NCBI GenBank assembly: GCA_948468045.1
Contig: CAOKGO010000002.1
Coordinates: forward strand, 13-64,012
From: an uncultured Clostridium sp.
Lineage (GTDB): Bacteria > Bacillota > Clostridia > TANB77 > CAG-508
DNA: 64,000 nucleotides
Direction of reading: 5' to 3'
The position numbers and the translations under genes are program-made. Below, one piece after another: positions 32,342 to 43,235 of this stretch. How positions within the stretch are numbered: position 1 is the first letter of the stretch; each line of letters begins with the position of its first letter. The notes under the pieces were generated by a model. That model saw only the letters and a program-made list of their open reading frames with translations, was not told the origin of the DNA and made no database searches.

Positions 32342-35300
32342 ATGAAAACAATGAAAAAACAAATTAGCATTATGATATCAGTTATTATTGTAATTTTAAT
32401 TGGAACTGTATATGGAGTAGTTACAGCCTCTTCTCAGAAGGGAGAGTTAAATGGTGATGGAGCTATAAATTATGCAGATGTCAATTTGCTCGAATTACAT
32501 TTAGCTCATATAAAGCAATTAGGAGAAAATAAGACTGAAGAAGAAGCAAAAAAAATATTAGAAAATGCAGATATGAATAATGATGGAGAAATTACAGTAA
32601 CAGATTTAAGTATTCTTATCCAAAAAATAGAAAATAAACTAAATTATGAAGTATCAATAAGAGACTTAAAAGTTAATAATTATTATCCAGAAAAAGAAGA
32701 AGAAATAATATTAAGTTTTGATGCTGATGTAAATTATGGAGAAGATATTAAAACCATTACAATTAATGGTCAAGAATATGAAACAAAAAGAAATGAATCT
32801 AATGATAATTTGTATGAAATTAAAATAAATGTAGGAAATACTAGTGGTGTAAAAGAATACAAACTAGAAAAAGTAAAATTAAATAATGGAAAAGATGTAA
32901 AAATAGAAGAGGTTGTTAAAGTAGATGTATTAAAACAACAACCAAAAATTGAAAATTGGAAAGCAGAACCAGATGTTGAAAAAAGAGAGTTAAATATATC
33001 TTTTGATGTTGCAGACCCAGACAAAGCATTTTTATCAGGAACATATAGAATAGAAGAAAAACAAGAAGAAAATGAAAATGCACAAGAAGCCCCAAACTAT
33101 ATAAAAACTGGAGAAGTAACAGTTGGAAAAAATCAAATAAATGTGCAACTAGAAGAAGGAAAAATGTATCAAATTATATTATGTATGGAACACAATTTAG
33201 ATACTGATACATTAGAAATAGAGAAAGACAATAAAGGAAATACTTTAACACAAAAAGACTTGAGTTTTGTTGTAAACTATGACTTTGAAGTATCAAACCT
33301 TGAAACTTTCTATTACCAAGAACAAGAAGAACAAAAAAGAGAAGAATTTAGAATTGATGAACATATAACTTTAAAATTTGATAGTAGTAATTCAACTACT
33401 TATATACCAGAAGAAGCTATTGTTAATGGTAAAAAATATCAAGTTAGTGTAGAAAATGGTAAATATAAAATAATATTAGATGGACTAACTAACACAGGAA
33501 GTCAAAAAATCAAATTAGAAAAAGTTATTTTAAGTAATGGAAAAAGCTTTGATGTAAATCAAGAAGTAACAGTAAAAATAATAAAAAATACACCAATTGT
33601 CGCAAAATTTAGAGCAAATGAAATTCCAGAAGGAGAACAACTTAGTATTTTTCTTTATGTAAAAGATGAAAATAAAGCAATTACAGACCTTGTTATAAAA
33701 TTATACGATAACCAAAATAATGAGATAACAAGCAAAAATTTAACAGATAGGTTAGTAGATGAAAATTTAACAGATAAAGAAAATGAAGAAGAAATTAAAA
33801 ATACCTATTATATAAATACTTTTTTAGATACAAGCAAAATGAATATGCCAGACAGTTACAAAATAAAAATATTTGCTAATTATCAGTTATTAGAAAATGA
33901 TAGTCAATATATTCATATGGGTGAAAAATTATTAGATGAAGAACTAGAAGCAACACCAATAGTTAAAGTTAAAAAAGTAGATGTTTCTAAAAAGTACCCT
34001 GAAAAAAATGAAAATGTAACTTTAACTTATGAGATTGAAACAAATAAGAAAGACTTAGAAATTACACATATAGTAGTAAATAACCTAAAATGTGTAGCAA
34101 CTAAACATATTGATAATGATGAGAACGAAACATATTCTGTTACATTAAATGTAGGTCAAACTCCAGGAGTATTGAACCTAGAAAGTATTGATTTCTATTT
34201 TGAAGGAAAATTAACAGCAAGAGCACCAAGTAGTGTTAAAGTAGATGTTTTAAAAGATAAACCAACAAGTGAAGCTTTCATGCAAGTAGATGATATAAAT
34301 AATCGTAAAGTTACTTTAACTGCAAATATCGTAGATCCTGACAAAGCATTTATTAAAGGAAAAGCAGATTTAGTAAGAAAAAGTGATGGCAAAAGTATTG
34401 CTACTAAAGAATTTGATGCTGAGCATATTACATTTGACATAGAAAACATAGAGTTAAATACAGAATATACACTTGTTGCTAAAATGACATATGATAGAGA
34501 TAGTAATGAGTTACCAGAAGAAACAAATCAAAATTATGTAGAAGATGAAGAATTTAGAAGAAGACCAATACAATTAATTGCTGATTATCAATTAAGTATA
34601 AGTAATTTAAAAACTTATAGAGGAGAAACAGAAAGTAAGTACTTAGAAAGAGGAGAAGATGTAACTATAAGTTTTGATAGTACTAATACAACAGTATTTT
34701 ATCCTGTAAAAGCTGTTATCAATGGAAAAACTTATGACCTAGAAAAACATGAAACAACTTACAAAACAAAAATACCAGTAGTTTCTAGTTTTGGACCAAA
34801 AACTATTACAATAGAAAAATTAATTTTAGATAATACAAAAGAAATTGAATTAACTGAAAATAATGTAACAAAAGTAGGAATTTTAAAATTAAGACCAACA
34901 ATTACAGGATATGGATTTACAGAAGATGAACAAAATAAATCAATAAAAGTAAATTTTGTAGTAAATGACACTGAAAATACAATAACAGGAGGAACAATTA
35001 AAATTTTAGATGAAAATGGAGATATTGTAAAACAAGAACCATTTAATCGTAATATGACAGAAATTAGTTTCACAAAAGGGGTTTGTGAAGAATACGAAAT
35101 AGAAATATTAGTAGATTATGACTTAGATACAAACCAAATTACAACAGGGGATAATGAATATGTAGCACAAAAATTATTGGCAGAAAGAATCAATGTAAGT
35201 AGTGAACGTCTATTTGAAGTAAAAGATATTTTAGGAATAAGTTTATATAATGCAACAAGTACAACTGAAGTAACTAGTATAACAGAAGAACAATTAAAAG

Positions 35301-38300
35301 GACATTTAGATGATTATATTGTAAAGGTAAGAACAAAAGGAATGCCGATATTCTATACACAAATTGAAGATTATGAAATTACAGAAGAAGGAGACTTAAA
35401 CTTTATCTTAGTGTATGATAATGTAATTCAATATCAAGAGGGAGTAAAACAAAACAAATTAAAAGTAACCTATAGCAAAATGCAAGATGGAGTAGCTCAT
35501 AATAAGAGTATTGAATATCTTATTGCTGAAATAGAAAAAGACCCAGCAGGAACCTTTACTTTAACACAAAACTATGATGCTTCTTATTTGAATGTATCAA
35601 GAAATAGCATTATACCAAATACTTTTAGAGGAACTTTAAATGGAAATGGCTATAAAATTTACAATGTCAACAAACCATTATTTGAAACCTTAGAAGGAGC
35701 AACTATTAAAAATCTTACCTTAGAAAATGTGAATTTAGTAGGGGCAAATAGCAAAGGATCTATTTCGAATGTAGCAAAAAATACAACCATTAGCAATGTT
35801 CATATCAAGGGATTAGATATGACAACAGGAACTGATGAATCTGGTGGTATAGTTGGAGATTTACAATCTGGTTGTACCATAGAAGAATGTAGTGTAACAA
35901 AATTTCATATCAATTCAAACCATATAAGAGTAGCAGCCATTGCTGGAAAATTTGATGGAAGTACGATTAAAGATTGTTATGTAGAAGGTACCATAGAAGC
36001 AATTACTTCAACTATAAATGGTGTGGGAGGAATTGCTGGAGATGGCTGGGGAACAGCAGATGCTAGCATTAACAATTGTATTGTTAAAGTAGAATTTGTA
36101 AACATTACAAGAGCAAGTAATAATGGTGGAATTTTAGGACTTGGTAGAAACAACAAAATAACCTTAACCAATAATATCAGTTTATGTACAGGAACAGGTG
36201 TAAACAGAGTATGTGGTAATGCTATGAATTCTGCTTCAACCAACAACTATGAATTAGAGGAATCTGAACTAATTTCCAATGCATCTGGAAATAAAGTTAA
36301 GAAAATAGCAAAAGCAAATATTAATAAGGAATTCTTTGTAGAAGAAGCAAAATTTGACGAAGAGATTTGGGATTGTATAGATGCTTCTTATGAGAACTTA
36401 CCAGCATTGAAAAAAGACATCCATAAGGAAGATGATATTGTAGTAGAAGAACCAACAACGAATAAGTTATACATTCCAGAATATAGTAGAATTAAAAAGA
36501 TAGCAGGATTTAATACCAATAAATTAACAACTTATCATAACTTGCATAAATTAATGCCATATTATGACGCAAAATTTTTAGTAATGGATGGTGCAACTAT
36601 TCCAACGGAGGATGTATTAAGTACAAAAGCAATTAAGCATATTTTACCTTATGCCAATGGAAAATTGATAACCTATATTACTTCAAAAGATTATCAAAAA
36701 ATCACAACGATTAAAGTAGTCTTTGAAGATTATAGCGTAAAAGAATATAACGTGAACTTTGAAAAATTCCAACAAAATATAGCAATTTATAAAATACCAG
36801 AACTAAACTTAAATTATGCTTATGACAATTATGCCATCAAAGAAGATGGAAGCATGATAACTACCATAGAAGAATACATGAAAGGTCTTGATTATACAAC
36901 CGATTTAGACCCACTAACAACGGCAGGAGATAGTAGATTATACAAAGATCATTACAATCAAATTATAAAAGCCAATGCAAAACAAATTGCAATGCAATTA
37001 TTACAAAATGACGAAAATAGTGTACTTACTATGGAAAATAAGGTATTAAATAGTAAAATACAACAAGATTTAATTGACAGTGGAAAACTAAAAGAAATTG
37101 TATATGGATATACCTATTATGACAGATGGTATGGATTTGAAATAAAAGGAACCAAAGTAGCAGACCTAATGCTATTTGAAGGTAAAATGTATTCTGACTC
37201 AATGACCTATTATAATGTTGTAAAAGAAACGTTTGTAGGAAAATTAGTGCCAGGCAATACAGATGCATTTTACAATACATGTCTAAAGAAATACACAGGA
37301 AGTTCAAGTATTGGTTATTTCTTAGATTATATAATAGCTAAGATTGGTGGATATGAAAATGTAGATGATTGGTTTACTGAATATTTTGGAGGAAGAAACA
37401 TATTATCTGAGATTTCAGTAGACAATAGACCCGATATGTTATATCGTGGATGGTTTAAGCTTAAGAAGAATACTAGGATGATACTTCCCGTTATTACTAT
37501 GCCAGAGAACTCTACTTATATGATAGCTGGACCATATCATTTACAATTTGGAGCTCAACAGTTATATCATAAAAATCCTGAGACTGATACTGGAAGAGCA
37601 GAAGTACTAAGGATTGTTAATACACATGTTAGTCTTGTTAAAAAACATGTTTCAACTTTAGCAGGAGCATTCGATGATGGTAAATGGAGTAGTTATTGTA
37701 TTATGTCATATGACTGTACAAAAGCAATTACTGGATATAAAACTTCTTATCTTCCAGGTACAAATATTCCACTAGGAACTAAACCAGTTTATACACAAGG
37801 AAAAGTTGGCCAAGAACAACCATTCTTTAAGAACTTTAGTGAAGTTTTAAATCTATGGCAACCTGCTGGTAGCTCAGCTGGTGTTGCTAATAATGCAGGA
37901 TTCTTATGGTTCCAAGCAAGACCAGGACTTACTAGTTTTGATACTTGGACTCATGAGATGGAGCATGCATTAGATGATAAAATAATGTTATATAAACGAG
38001 GAACGAGAGTTAGAGCGGAAACACTTACAGAAGGTAATGTTCAACAATATGCTAATTGGAGCGAAAATAATCTTGTTCAAGATGTTGGACCTTATTACTT
38101 TAATACAACCTTCTACTTGAATAAAGAAGGTAATGCAACTCAGAATTTAACACCAGAGAGAATTAATACAAAAGAAAAACTAGAAAATTATTATAAAGGG
38201 CAACAAAATGCACTAGATTTACTAGACTATATTGAAGGAAAAGCATTTATTAAATTAACACCAGAACAACAAGCAAAAATTGCGACAAGAATGAATATAT

Positions 38301-40270
38301 CTGCTGGTTGGTCTTCTTGGGGAGGAATTACAGCAGCACAAGCTACTGCCATGAATTTAACATCCTTAGAAGCTTTATATGATAATAGAATTGTGCTAAG
38401 ACCAAATAATGCTTGGGGAGCAAGTGTAAGAGGATTGAATGTTATCAATGGTCTTGGAAGCAATGATTATGGATATGAATCTGTATGGGTAAATCGTTGG
38501 TTTATTGGACATTTAGACGGTGGTTATGCCGATGCATTCTCTACCAAACGTAATTTCTTTGAGATGCTAGGTTATGCTGGAGTAGAGGGATATGTTACTT
38601 ATGGTAGCAAAGCATCTGCCAATGACTTAGACGCCATTAAAAAGATTACAAAAAAGGTAACTGGTACAGAAATGGACTGGAAACAATATAAGATGAGCAG
38701 ATATGAAACAGTAGAACAAAATATTAGGAATAATAAGTTTATTGATGTTGATTACATGATAGAAAGATATACAGAAGCATTGACAAACGATGCTAATAAA
38801 GGAGACAGAAATATTTCTCAAAGAACAAATCTTAGAAAGATTTATTATCATTACTTAAAAAGTGTTACAAATGATTTTGTGGCTGATCCACTAGGAACCA
38901 ATGTTAAAGTAACACATATTAGGACAGCAGAAGAATTAGTAGAAAAAATGAATCAAGAGCCTTATGGCTACTATGTATTAGATAATGACATTGATTTTTC
39001 AGGAATGACAACCAATGTAACACAAACATTTATGGGAAGACTAAATGGTAATGGACATAAAATAATTGGCAATAAAATCCCAATTTTCAACAAAATTAGA
39101 TATGGTTATGTTGGTAACTTGAAACTAGAAGATACAGATATTCCAAGAAATATTACAAATGCAGGAGCTTTAGCTTATAAAATAGAATCTAGTACTGCAG
39201 AAAAAATAGATGTAACAGGTCTAAAAATGTTCTTTGGTAGTAAAAATGATTTAAGCTTAATTGGTGGAGCAGTTAGTAATGTAATTACTAGAGATTGCAC
39301 TGTAGAACGTTTAGTTACAAAGATTGCCAACAAAGAAGAATTTGCCCAAAAAATAAATGCAGAAGCAGGTGGACTATTTGAATTAACAGGCAATATTGAC
39401 TTTACTGGATATACTGGTGGAAATGATGTTATAACAGAAACTTTTACAGGAAAAATAGAAGGAAATGGTTATACAATTTCTAACTTGAATAATGCTAGCT
39501 TATTTGCACAATTTAATGGAACAGTGCAAAACTTAAAAATAACAAACTTTACCAACACAGCACCAACAACTGACTTTGTAGCAGCATTTGCTAGAAAAAG
39601 TTCAAGTGCAACATTTAATAACCTAAAATTCGAAAATATCACATTGCAAGGTAGAAACAACATAGGAGTAGTAGTAGCTGTGGATAATGCAAATTCTACT
39701 TTTGATAAAATTAGTATTAAAAATGCTAATTTAAGTGGAAGTGGTGTTTATATAGCAGGACTAGTAGGTAGAAAATATGGTGGACGTGTAAGTAATGTAT
39801 ATGTTGATGGAAATATATCTATCACAGCAGTAGCTAATGCAGGTGTAATTGGTTCAACAGAAACCAATGTTACTATAACCAATGTAGTGTCTAAAGTAAA
39901 TATTGAAAGAACAGCCGATTCTGAAAAGAAAGGTAGAAAGCAAAATGCAGAAATGATTGGATTACCAAATAGTAACACAAGTCGTGTTAGTAATTCTATT
40001 ACTTTAGGTAATATGACTGGTTATGTAGAAGGTATGATTCCTCATAAATTCATGTATGGAGACGAAGCTTTGATTAATCAAATGCTTACAAAGTGTTATG
40101 AGTATACAGAGGCAACAGGTATTAGTGGTGTTACAGCTAATACAGCAGGACATTTAGATACTGTGGCAAGAAATAACTTGAATGCAGAATTTTATAGGAA
40201 TTTAGGATTTGACGAGAATATTTGGGACTTTAGCAAAATTACATCAAAAGGATATCCTGAATTGAAATAA
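32342..40270 (+). CDS. giant secreted protein: N-terminal dockerin, Ig-like repeats, GLUG-type beta-helix repeats and a Zmp/M26-like zinc metalloprotease
   Basis: Signal/TM segment. Dockerin-like duplicated Ca loops (NGDGAINYADVNLL and DMNNDGEITVTDLSILI) at about 32441..32629. Four ~215-aa repeat pairs. FRGTLNGNGYKIYN-type repeats. HEMEH at 37952..37966. LMPYYDAKFLV region. Confidence 0.8.
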   Translation: MKTMKKQISIMISVIIVILIGTVYGVVTASSQKGELNGDGAINYADVNLLELHLAHIKQLGENKTEEEAKKILENADMNNDGEITVTDLSILIQKIENKLNYEVSIRDLKVNNYYPEKEEEIILSFDADVNYGEDIKTITINGQEYETKRNESNDNLYEIKINVGNTSGVKEYKLEKVKLNNGKDVKIEEVVKVDVLKQQPKIENWKAEPDVEKRELNISFDVADPDKAFLSGTYRIEEKQEENENAQEAPNYIKTGEVTVGKNQINVQLEEGKMYQIILCMEHNLDTDTLEIEKDNKGNTLTQKDLSFVVNYDFEVSNLETFYYQEQEEQKREEFRIDEHITLKFDSSNSTTYIPEEAIVNGKKYQVSVENGKYKIILDGLTNTGSQKIKLEKVILSNGKSFDVNQEVTVKIIKNTPIVAKFRANEIPEGEQLSIFLYVKDENKAITDLVIKLYDNQNNEITSKNLTDRLVDENLTDKENEEEIKNTYYINTFLDTSKMNMPDSYKIKIFANYQLLENDSQYIHMGEKLLDEELEATPIVKVKKVDVSKKYPEKNENVTLTYEIETNKKDLEITHIVVNNLKCVATKHIDNDENETYSVTLNVGQTPGVLNLESIDFYFEGKLTARAPSSVKVDVLKDKPTSEAFMQVDDINNRKVTLTANIVDPDKAFIKGKADLVRKSDGKSIATKEFDAEHITFDIENIELNTEYTLVAKMTYDRDSNELPEETNQNYVEDEEFRRRPIQLIADYQLSISNLKTYRGETESKYLERGEDVTISFDSTNTTVFYPVKAVINGKTYDLEKHETTYKTKIPVVSSFGPKTITIEKLILDNTKEIELTENNVTKVGILKLRPTITGYGFTEDEQNKSIKVNFVVNDTENTITGGTIKILDENGDIVKQEPFNRNMTEISFTKGVCEEYEIEILVDYDLDTNQITTGDNEYVAQKLLAERINVSSERLFEVKDILGISLYNATSTTEVTSITEEQLKGHLDDYIVKVRTKGMPIFYTQIEDYEITEEGDLNFILVYDNVIQYQEGVKQNKLKVTYSKMQDGVAHNKSIEYLIAEIEKDPAGTFTLTQNYDASYLNVSRNSIIPNTFRGTLNGNGYKIYNVNKPLFETLEGATIKNLTLENVNLVGANSKGSISNVAKNTTISNVHIKGLDMTTGTDESGGIVGDLQSGCTIEECSVTKFHINSNHIRVAAIAGKFDGSTIKDCYVEGTIEAITSTINGVGGIAGDGWGTADASINNCIVKVEFVNITRASNNGGILGLGRNNKITLTNNISLCTGTGVNRVCGNAMNSASTNNYELEESELISNASGNKVKKIAKANINKEFFVEEAKFDEEIWDCIDASYENLPALKKDIHKEDDIVVEEPTTNKLYIPEYSRIKKIAGFNTNKLTTYHNLHKLMPYYDAKFLVMDGATIPTEDVLSTKAIKHILPYANGKLITYITSKDYQKITTIKVVFEDYSVKEYNVNFEKFQQNIAIYKIPELNLNYAYDNYAIKEDGSMITTIEEYMKGLDYTTDLDPLTTAGDSRLYKDHYNQIIKANAKQIAMQLLQNDENSVLTMENKVLNSKIQQDLIDSGKLKEIVYGYTYYDRWYGFEIKGTKVADLMLFEGKMYSDSMTYYNVVKETFVGKLVPGNTDAFYNTCLKKYTGSSSIGYFLDYIIAKIGGYENVDDWFTEYFGGRNILSEISVDNRPDMLYRGWFKLKKNTRMILPVITMPENSTYMIAGPYHLQFGAQQLYHKNPETDTGRAEVLRIVNTHVSLVKKHVSTLAGAFDDGKWSSYCIMSYDCTKAITGYKTSYLPGTNIPLGTKPVYTQGKVGQEQPFFKNFSEVLNLWQPAGSSAGVANNAGFLWFQARPGLTSFDTWTHEMEHALDDKIMLYKRGTRVRAETLTEGNVQQYANWSENNLVQDVGPYYFNTTFYLNKEGNATQNLTPERINTKEKLENYYKGQQNALDLLDYIEGKAFIKLTPEQQAKIATRMNISAGWSSWGGITAAQATAMNLTSLEALYDNRIVLRPNNAWGASVRGLNVINGLGSNDYGYESVWVNRWFIGHLDGGYADAFSTKRNFFEMLGYAGVEGYVTYGSKASANDLDAIKKITKKVTGTEMDWKQYKMSRYETVEQNIRNNKFIDVDYMIERYTEALTNDANKGDRNISQRTNLRKIYYHYLKSVTNDFVADPLGTNVKVTHIRTAEELVEKMNQEPYGYYVLDNDIDFSGMTTNVTQTFMGRLNGNGHKIIGNKIPIFNKIRYGYVGNLKLEDTDIPRNITNAGALAYKIESSTAEKIDVTGLKMFFGSKNDLSLIGGAVSNVITRDCTVERLVTKIANKEEFAQKINAEAGGLFELTGNIDFTGYTGGNDVITETFTGKIEGNGYTISNLNNASLFAQFNGTVQNLKITNFTNTAPTTDFVAAFARKSSSATFNNLKFENITLQGRNNIGVVVAVDNANSTFDKISIKNANLSGSGVYIAGLVGRKYGGRVSNVYVDGNISITAVANAGVIGSTETNVTITNVVSKVNIERTADSEKKGRKQNAEMIGLPNSNTSRVSNSITLGNMTGYVEGMIPHKFMYGDEALINQMLTKCYEYTEATGISGVTANTAGHLDTVARNNLNAEFYRNLGFDENIWDFSKITSKGYPELK

Positions 40271-40277
40271 AAATAAA

Positions 40278-40312
40278 ATCTTCCTAATATAATATATTAG
40301 GAGGATTTTTTT
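40278..40312 (+). terminator. Terminator hairpin whose 3' arm contains the PBP gene RBS
   Basis: Stem atcttcctaatat/atattaggaggat (13 bp with one G-U pair), followed by a T-run ending at the ATG at 40313. Confidence 0.65.
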
Positions 40313-42037
40313 ATGGATACAATTAAACTTTCTAATAAAAAGAAAATGAGAAATGCTTTATTTATTGTTTTTTTAATTATACTTTGCTTGATTGGAAGAA
40401 TTGGATATATACAATTTATTCAGGGGAGTGAGTTACGTAGCTTAGCTTATCAACAACAAACTTTAGATAGAAGTATTAATCCTAAAAGAGGTACGATTTT
40501 AGATAGTACTCGGAAAAAATGTTTTAGCAGTTAGTAGTACAGTGGAAACTATTACAGTAAATCCAGGAAATATTGCAAAAGAGGATAAAGAAAAAGTTGC
40601 TAAAATATTGTCTGATATTTTTGAATTAGATTATGAGAAAATATTAAAAAAAGTAAGTAAAAGAAGCTCAATTGAAACTATTGTAAAGAAAGTAGAAAAA
40701 GAAAAAACAGATGAATTAAGAGTTTGGATGGAACAAAATAATATAAAAACAGGTATTAATATAGATGAAGATACTAAAAGGTATTATCCATATAATAATG
40801 TTGCAGCACAAATTATAGGATTTTGTGGTAGTGATAATCAAGGTTTAGATGGAATTGAAGCAAAATATGATACACAATTAAAAGGAAAACAAGGTGCAAT
40901 CAAACGTCATACAGATGCAAAAGGAAAAGAAATAGGAGAAGAGGGAGAAAACTATGTACCAGCAGTTGATGGAAATGATATAGTTTTAACAATTGATTTA
41001 ACTATTCAATCAATTGTAGAAAAGTATTTAGAAGAAGCTTGTATTGATAATATATGTACAGATGGTGGAAATGTGGTTGTTATGAATCCTCAAAATGGGG
41101 ATATTTTAGCAATGGCAACATATCCAAGTTATAATTTGAATTCACCATATGAAGCTTATACTGAAGAACTAAAGCAAACGTGGGATAGTATGGAACAAGG
41201 AGAAAAAACAAAAAGTTTACAAGCTGTATGGAGAAATAAAGCAATTGCAGATACTTATGAGCCAGGTTCTGTTTTTAAAGTAATTACAGCATCAGCATCT
41301 ATTGAAGAGGGATTAGTAACAGATATTGATAAAGAAGGGCAATTTTCTTGTACAGGAGGAATTGAAGTAGCAGGGGTTAGAATAAAGTGTTGGAGACATT
41401 ATCGTCCACATGGTTCGGAAAGTTTAAGATTAGGATTAATGAATTCTTGTAATCCAGTTTTTATTGGACTAGGACAAAAGCTGGGAGTGCAAAAATATTA
41501 TAGTTATTTAAATAAATTCAGATTACTAGAAAAAACAGGAATTGATCTACCACGGAGAAGCAGGAAGTATCTTTTTAGCAGAAGAAAAAGCAGGACCTGT
41601 TGAACTTGCAACAATTAGTTTTGGACAGAGATTTGAAATTACTCCTATTCAACTAGTTACAGCAGTATCTAGTATAGCTAATGGAGGTAAAAGTATACAA
41701 CCTAGAGTAGTAAAGCAATTTATAGATAGTCAAACAAAGGAAATCCAAGATGTGCCAATTAAAACTAATGGAGAAGTAATTTCTGAAGAAACATCTCAAA
41801 AAGTATTAAGTATGATGGAATCTGTTGTTGCAGAAGGAACAGGGAAAAATGCAAAAGTTGCAGGGTATCGTATTGGAGGTAAGACAGGTACATCTGAAGA
41901 TGGTGTAAATACTAATAAATATGTTACATCTTTTTGTCGGAGTTGCACCAATTGAAAATCCACAAGTTGTTGTTTTAGTAACATTATATAATCCAACTGG
42001 GGAAGGGGGACACCAAGGAGGTGAATGGTTTATTTAG
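40313..42037 (+). CDS. class B penicillin-binding protein (FtsI/SpoVD-type), 5' portion cut off by an insertion
   Basis: SVFK, SCN and KTGTS motifs. Three CGG breaks at 40511..40513, 41553..41555 and 41938..41940. Homology ends at ...NPTGEGGHQGG (42022), followed by 4 foreign codons and TAG at 42035..42037. Confidence 0.85.
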
Positions 42038-42284
42038 TCACTACATATAAACATTAATGAAAACCTAATATGCGTAAGCTTTTTCAATATTATAATAGTA
42101 CATTTATAATTGTAAAAATAAATTAACAAAACTGTAAACAAATATTAAAAAATGTTGATAAACAAGTATGCGTAAGAAGAAAAGGATAGAGGATATTTTT
42201 TAAAATTTTATAAGACTTGATATCCAAAAACAAAAAATGATATAATGTAAAGGAATTATAGTATAGAAAGGGAATGATATTAAT

Positions 42285-43223
42285 ATGAAAAAGAAAGCAA
42301 TTGTCATAACAGGATTTATGGCTTTAATTTTATTAGCTAGCAATTTGTTAGCAGCATCAAACTTGAAAGCCAAAGCAAGTAGTTCAGTAACAGAATTAAA
42401 AGGTGGGGAAGAGGTAACAGTAACCTTAAGATTTGATGAATATCAGCAAATCAAAAATGGAATAAATGCATATAAAGCAACATTAGAATATGATAAACAA
42501 ATATTCAAAGAAGTAACAGAAAAAGATTTTGTATGCCAAAATGATTGGGAAGAATTAAAATATAATAAAGACACTGGTGAATTTGTAGCTATTAAAAAAG
42601 TAGGAAGTAACACACCAGAAGATGTTGTAAAACTTACATTAAAAGCAAATGAAACTGTAAAGGCAACTACTACTGATATAAAAATAAAAGATATTGTAAC
42701 ATCTGAAGGAGAAAGAGACATACAAATAGCAGAAACAAAAGTAACTATAAATGTAATTGAAGAACAAACAGAACAACCAGATAAACCAGAACAACCAGAA
42801 CAAGAAAAAATTACTTCACAAAAATATACTATAACAAAAGACTATATCGAAAGAATTTTACCAAATACAACAGTAAAACAATTTAAAGAAAATGTAACAT
42901 TAGAAAATGTAACAACTGATCCACAAATGGTATTTACAGATAGTGAGGGAATGCCATTAGATGAAAATTCTATAATTACAACTGGAACTAAAGTAAAAAT
43001 AGGAAAAACACTACAATTTACTCTTGTTGTAATAGGAGATATAGATAATGATGGAGATATTGGAATTAATGATATAGCACAGCTTAAATTACACATTATT
43101 GAAAAACAAGCATTAGAAAATGTAGCATTAAAAGCGGCAGATTTAGATAATGATGGAGATATTACAATTGGTGATTTAGCACAAATGAAATTAATTCTAA
43201 TTGGTTTATTTGAATTAGAATAA
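42285..43223 (+). CDS. adaptor scaffoldin-like protein: signal peptide, cohesin-like domain, linker, C-terminal dockerin
   Basis: The cohesin-like stretch is GGEEVTVTLRFDE...INAYKATLEYDKQIFKEV. The linker is PDKPEQPEQ. The dockerin loops are DIDNDGDIGINDIAQLKL and DLDNDGDITIGDLAQMKL. Confidence 0.65.
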   Translation: MKKKAIVITGFMALILLASNLLAASNLKAKASSSVTELKGGEEVTVTLRFDEYQQIKNGINAYKATLEYDKQIFKEVTEKDFVCQNDWEELKYNKDTGEFVAIKKVGSNTPEDVVKLTLKANETVKATTTDIKIKDIVTSEGERDIQIAETKVTINVIEEQTEQPDKPEQPEQEKITSQKYTITKDYIERILPNTTVKQFKENVTLENVTTDPQMVFTDSEGMPLDENSIITTGTKVKIGKTLQFTLVVIGDIDNDGDIGINDIAQLKLHIIEKQALENVALKAADLDNDGDITIGDLAQMKLILIGLFELE

Positions 43224-43235
43224 AAAGCAAAAGAA

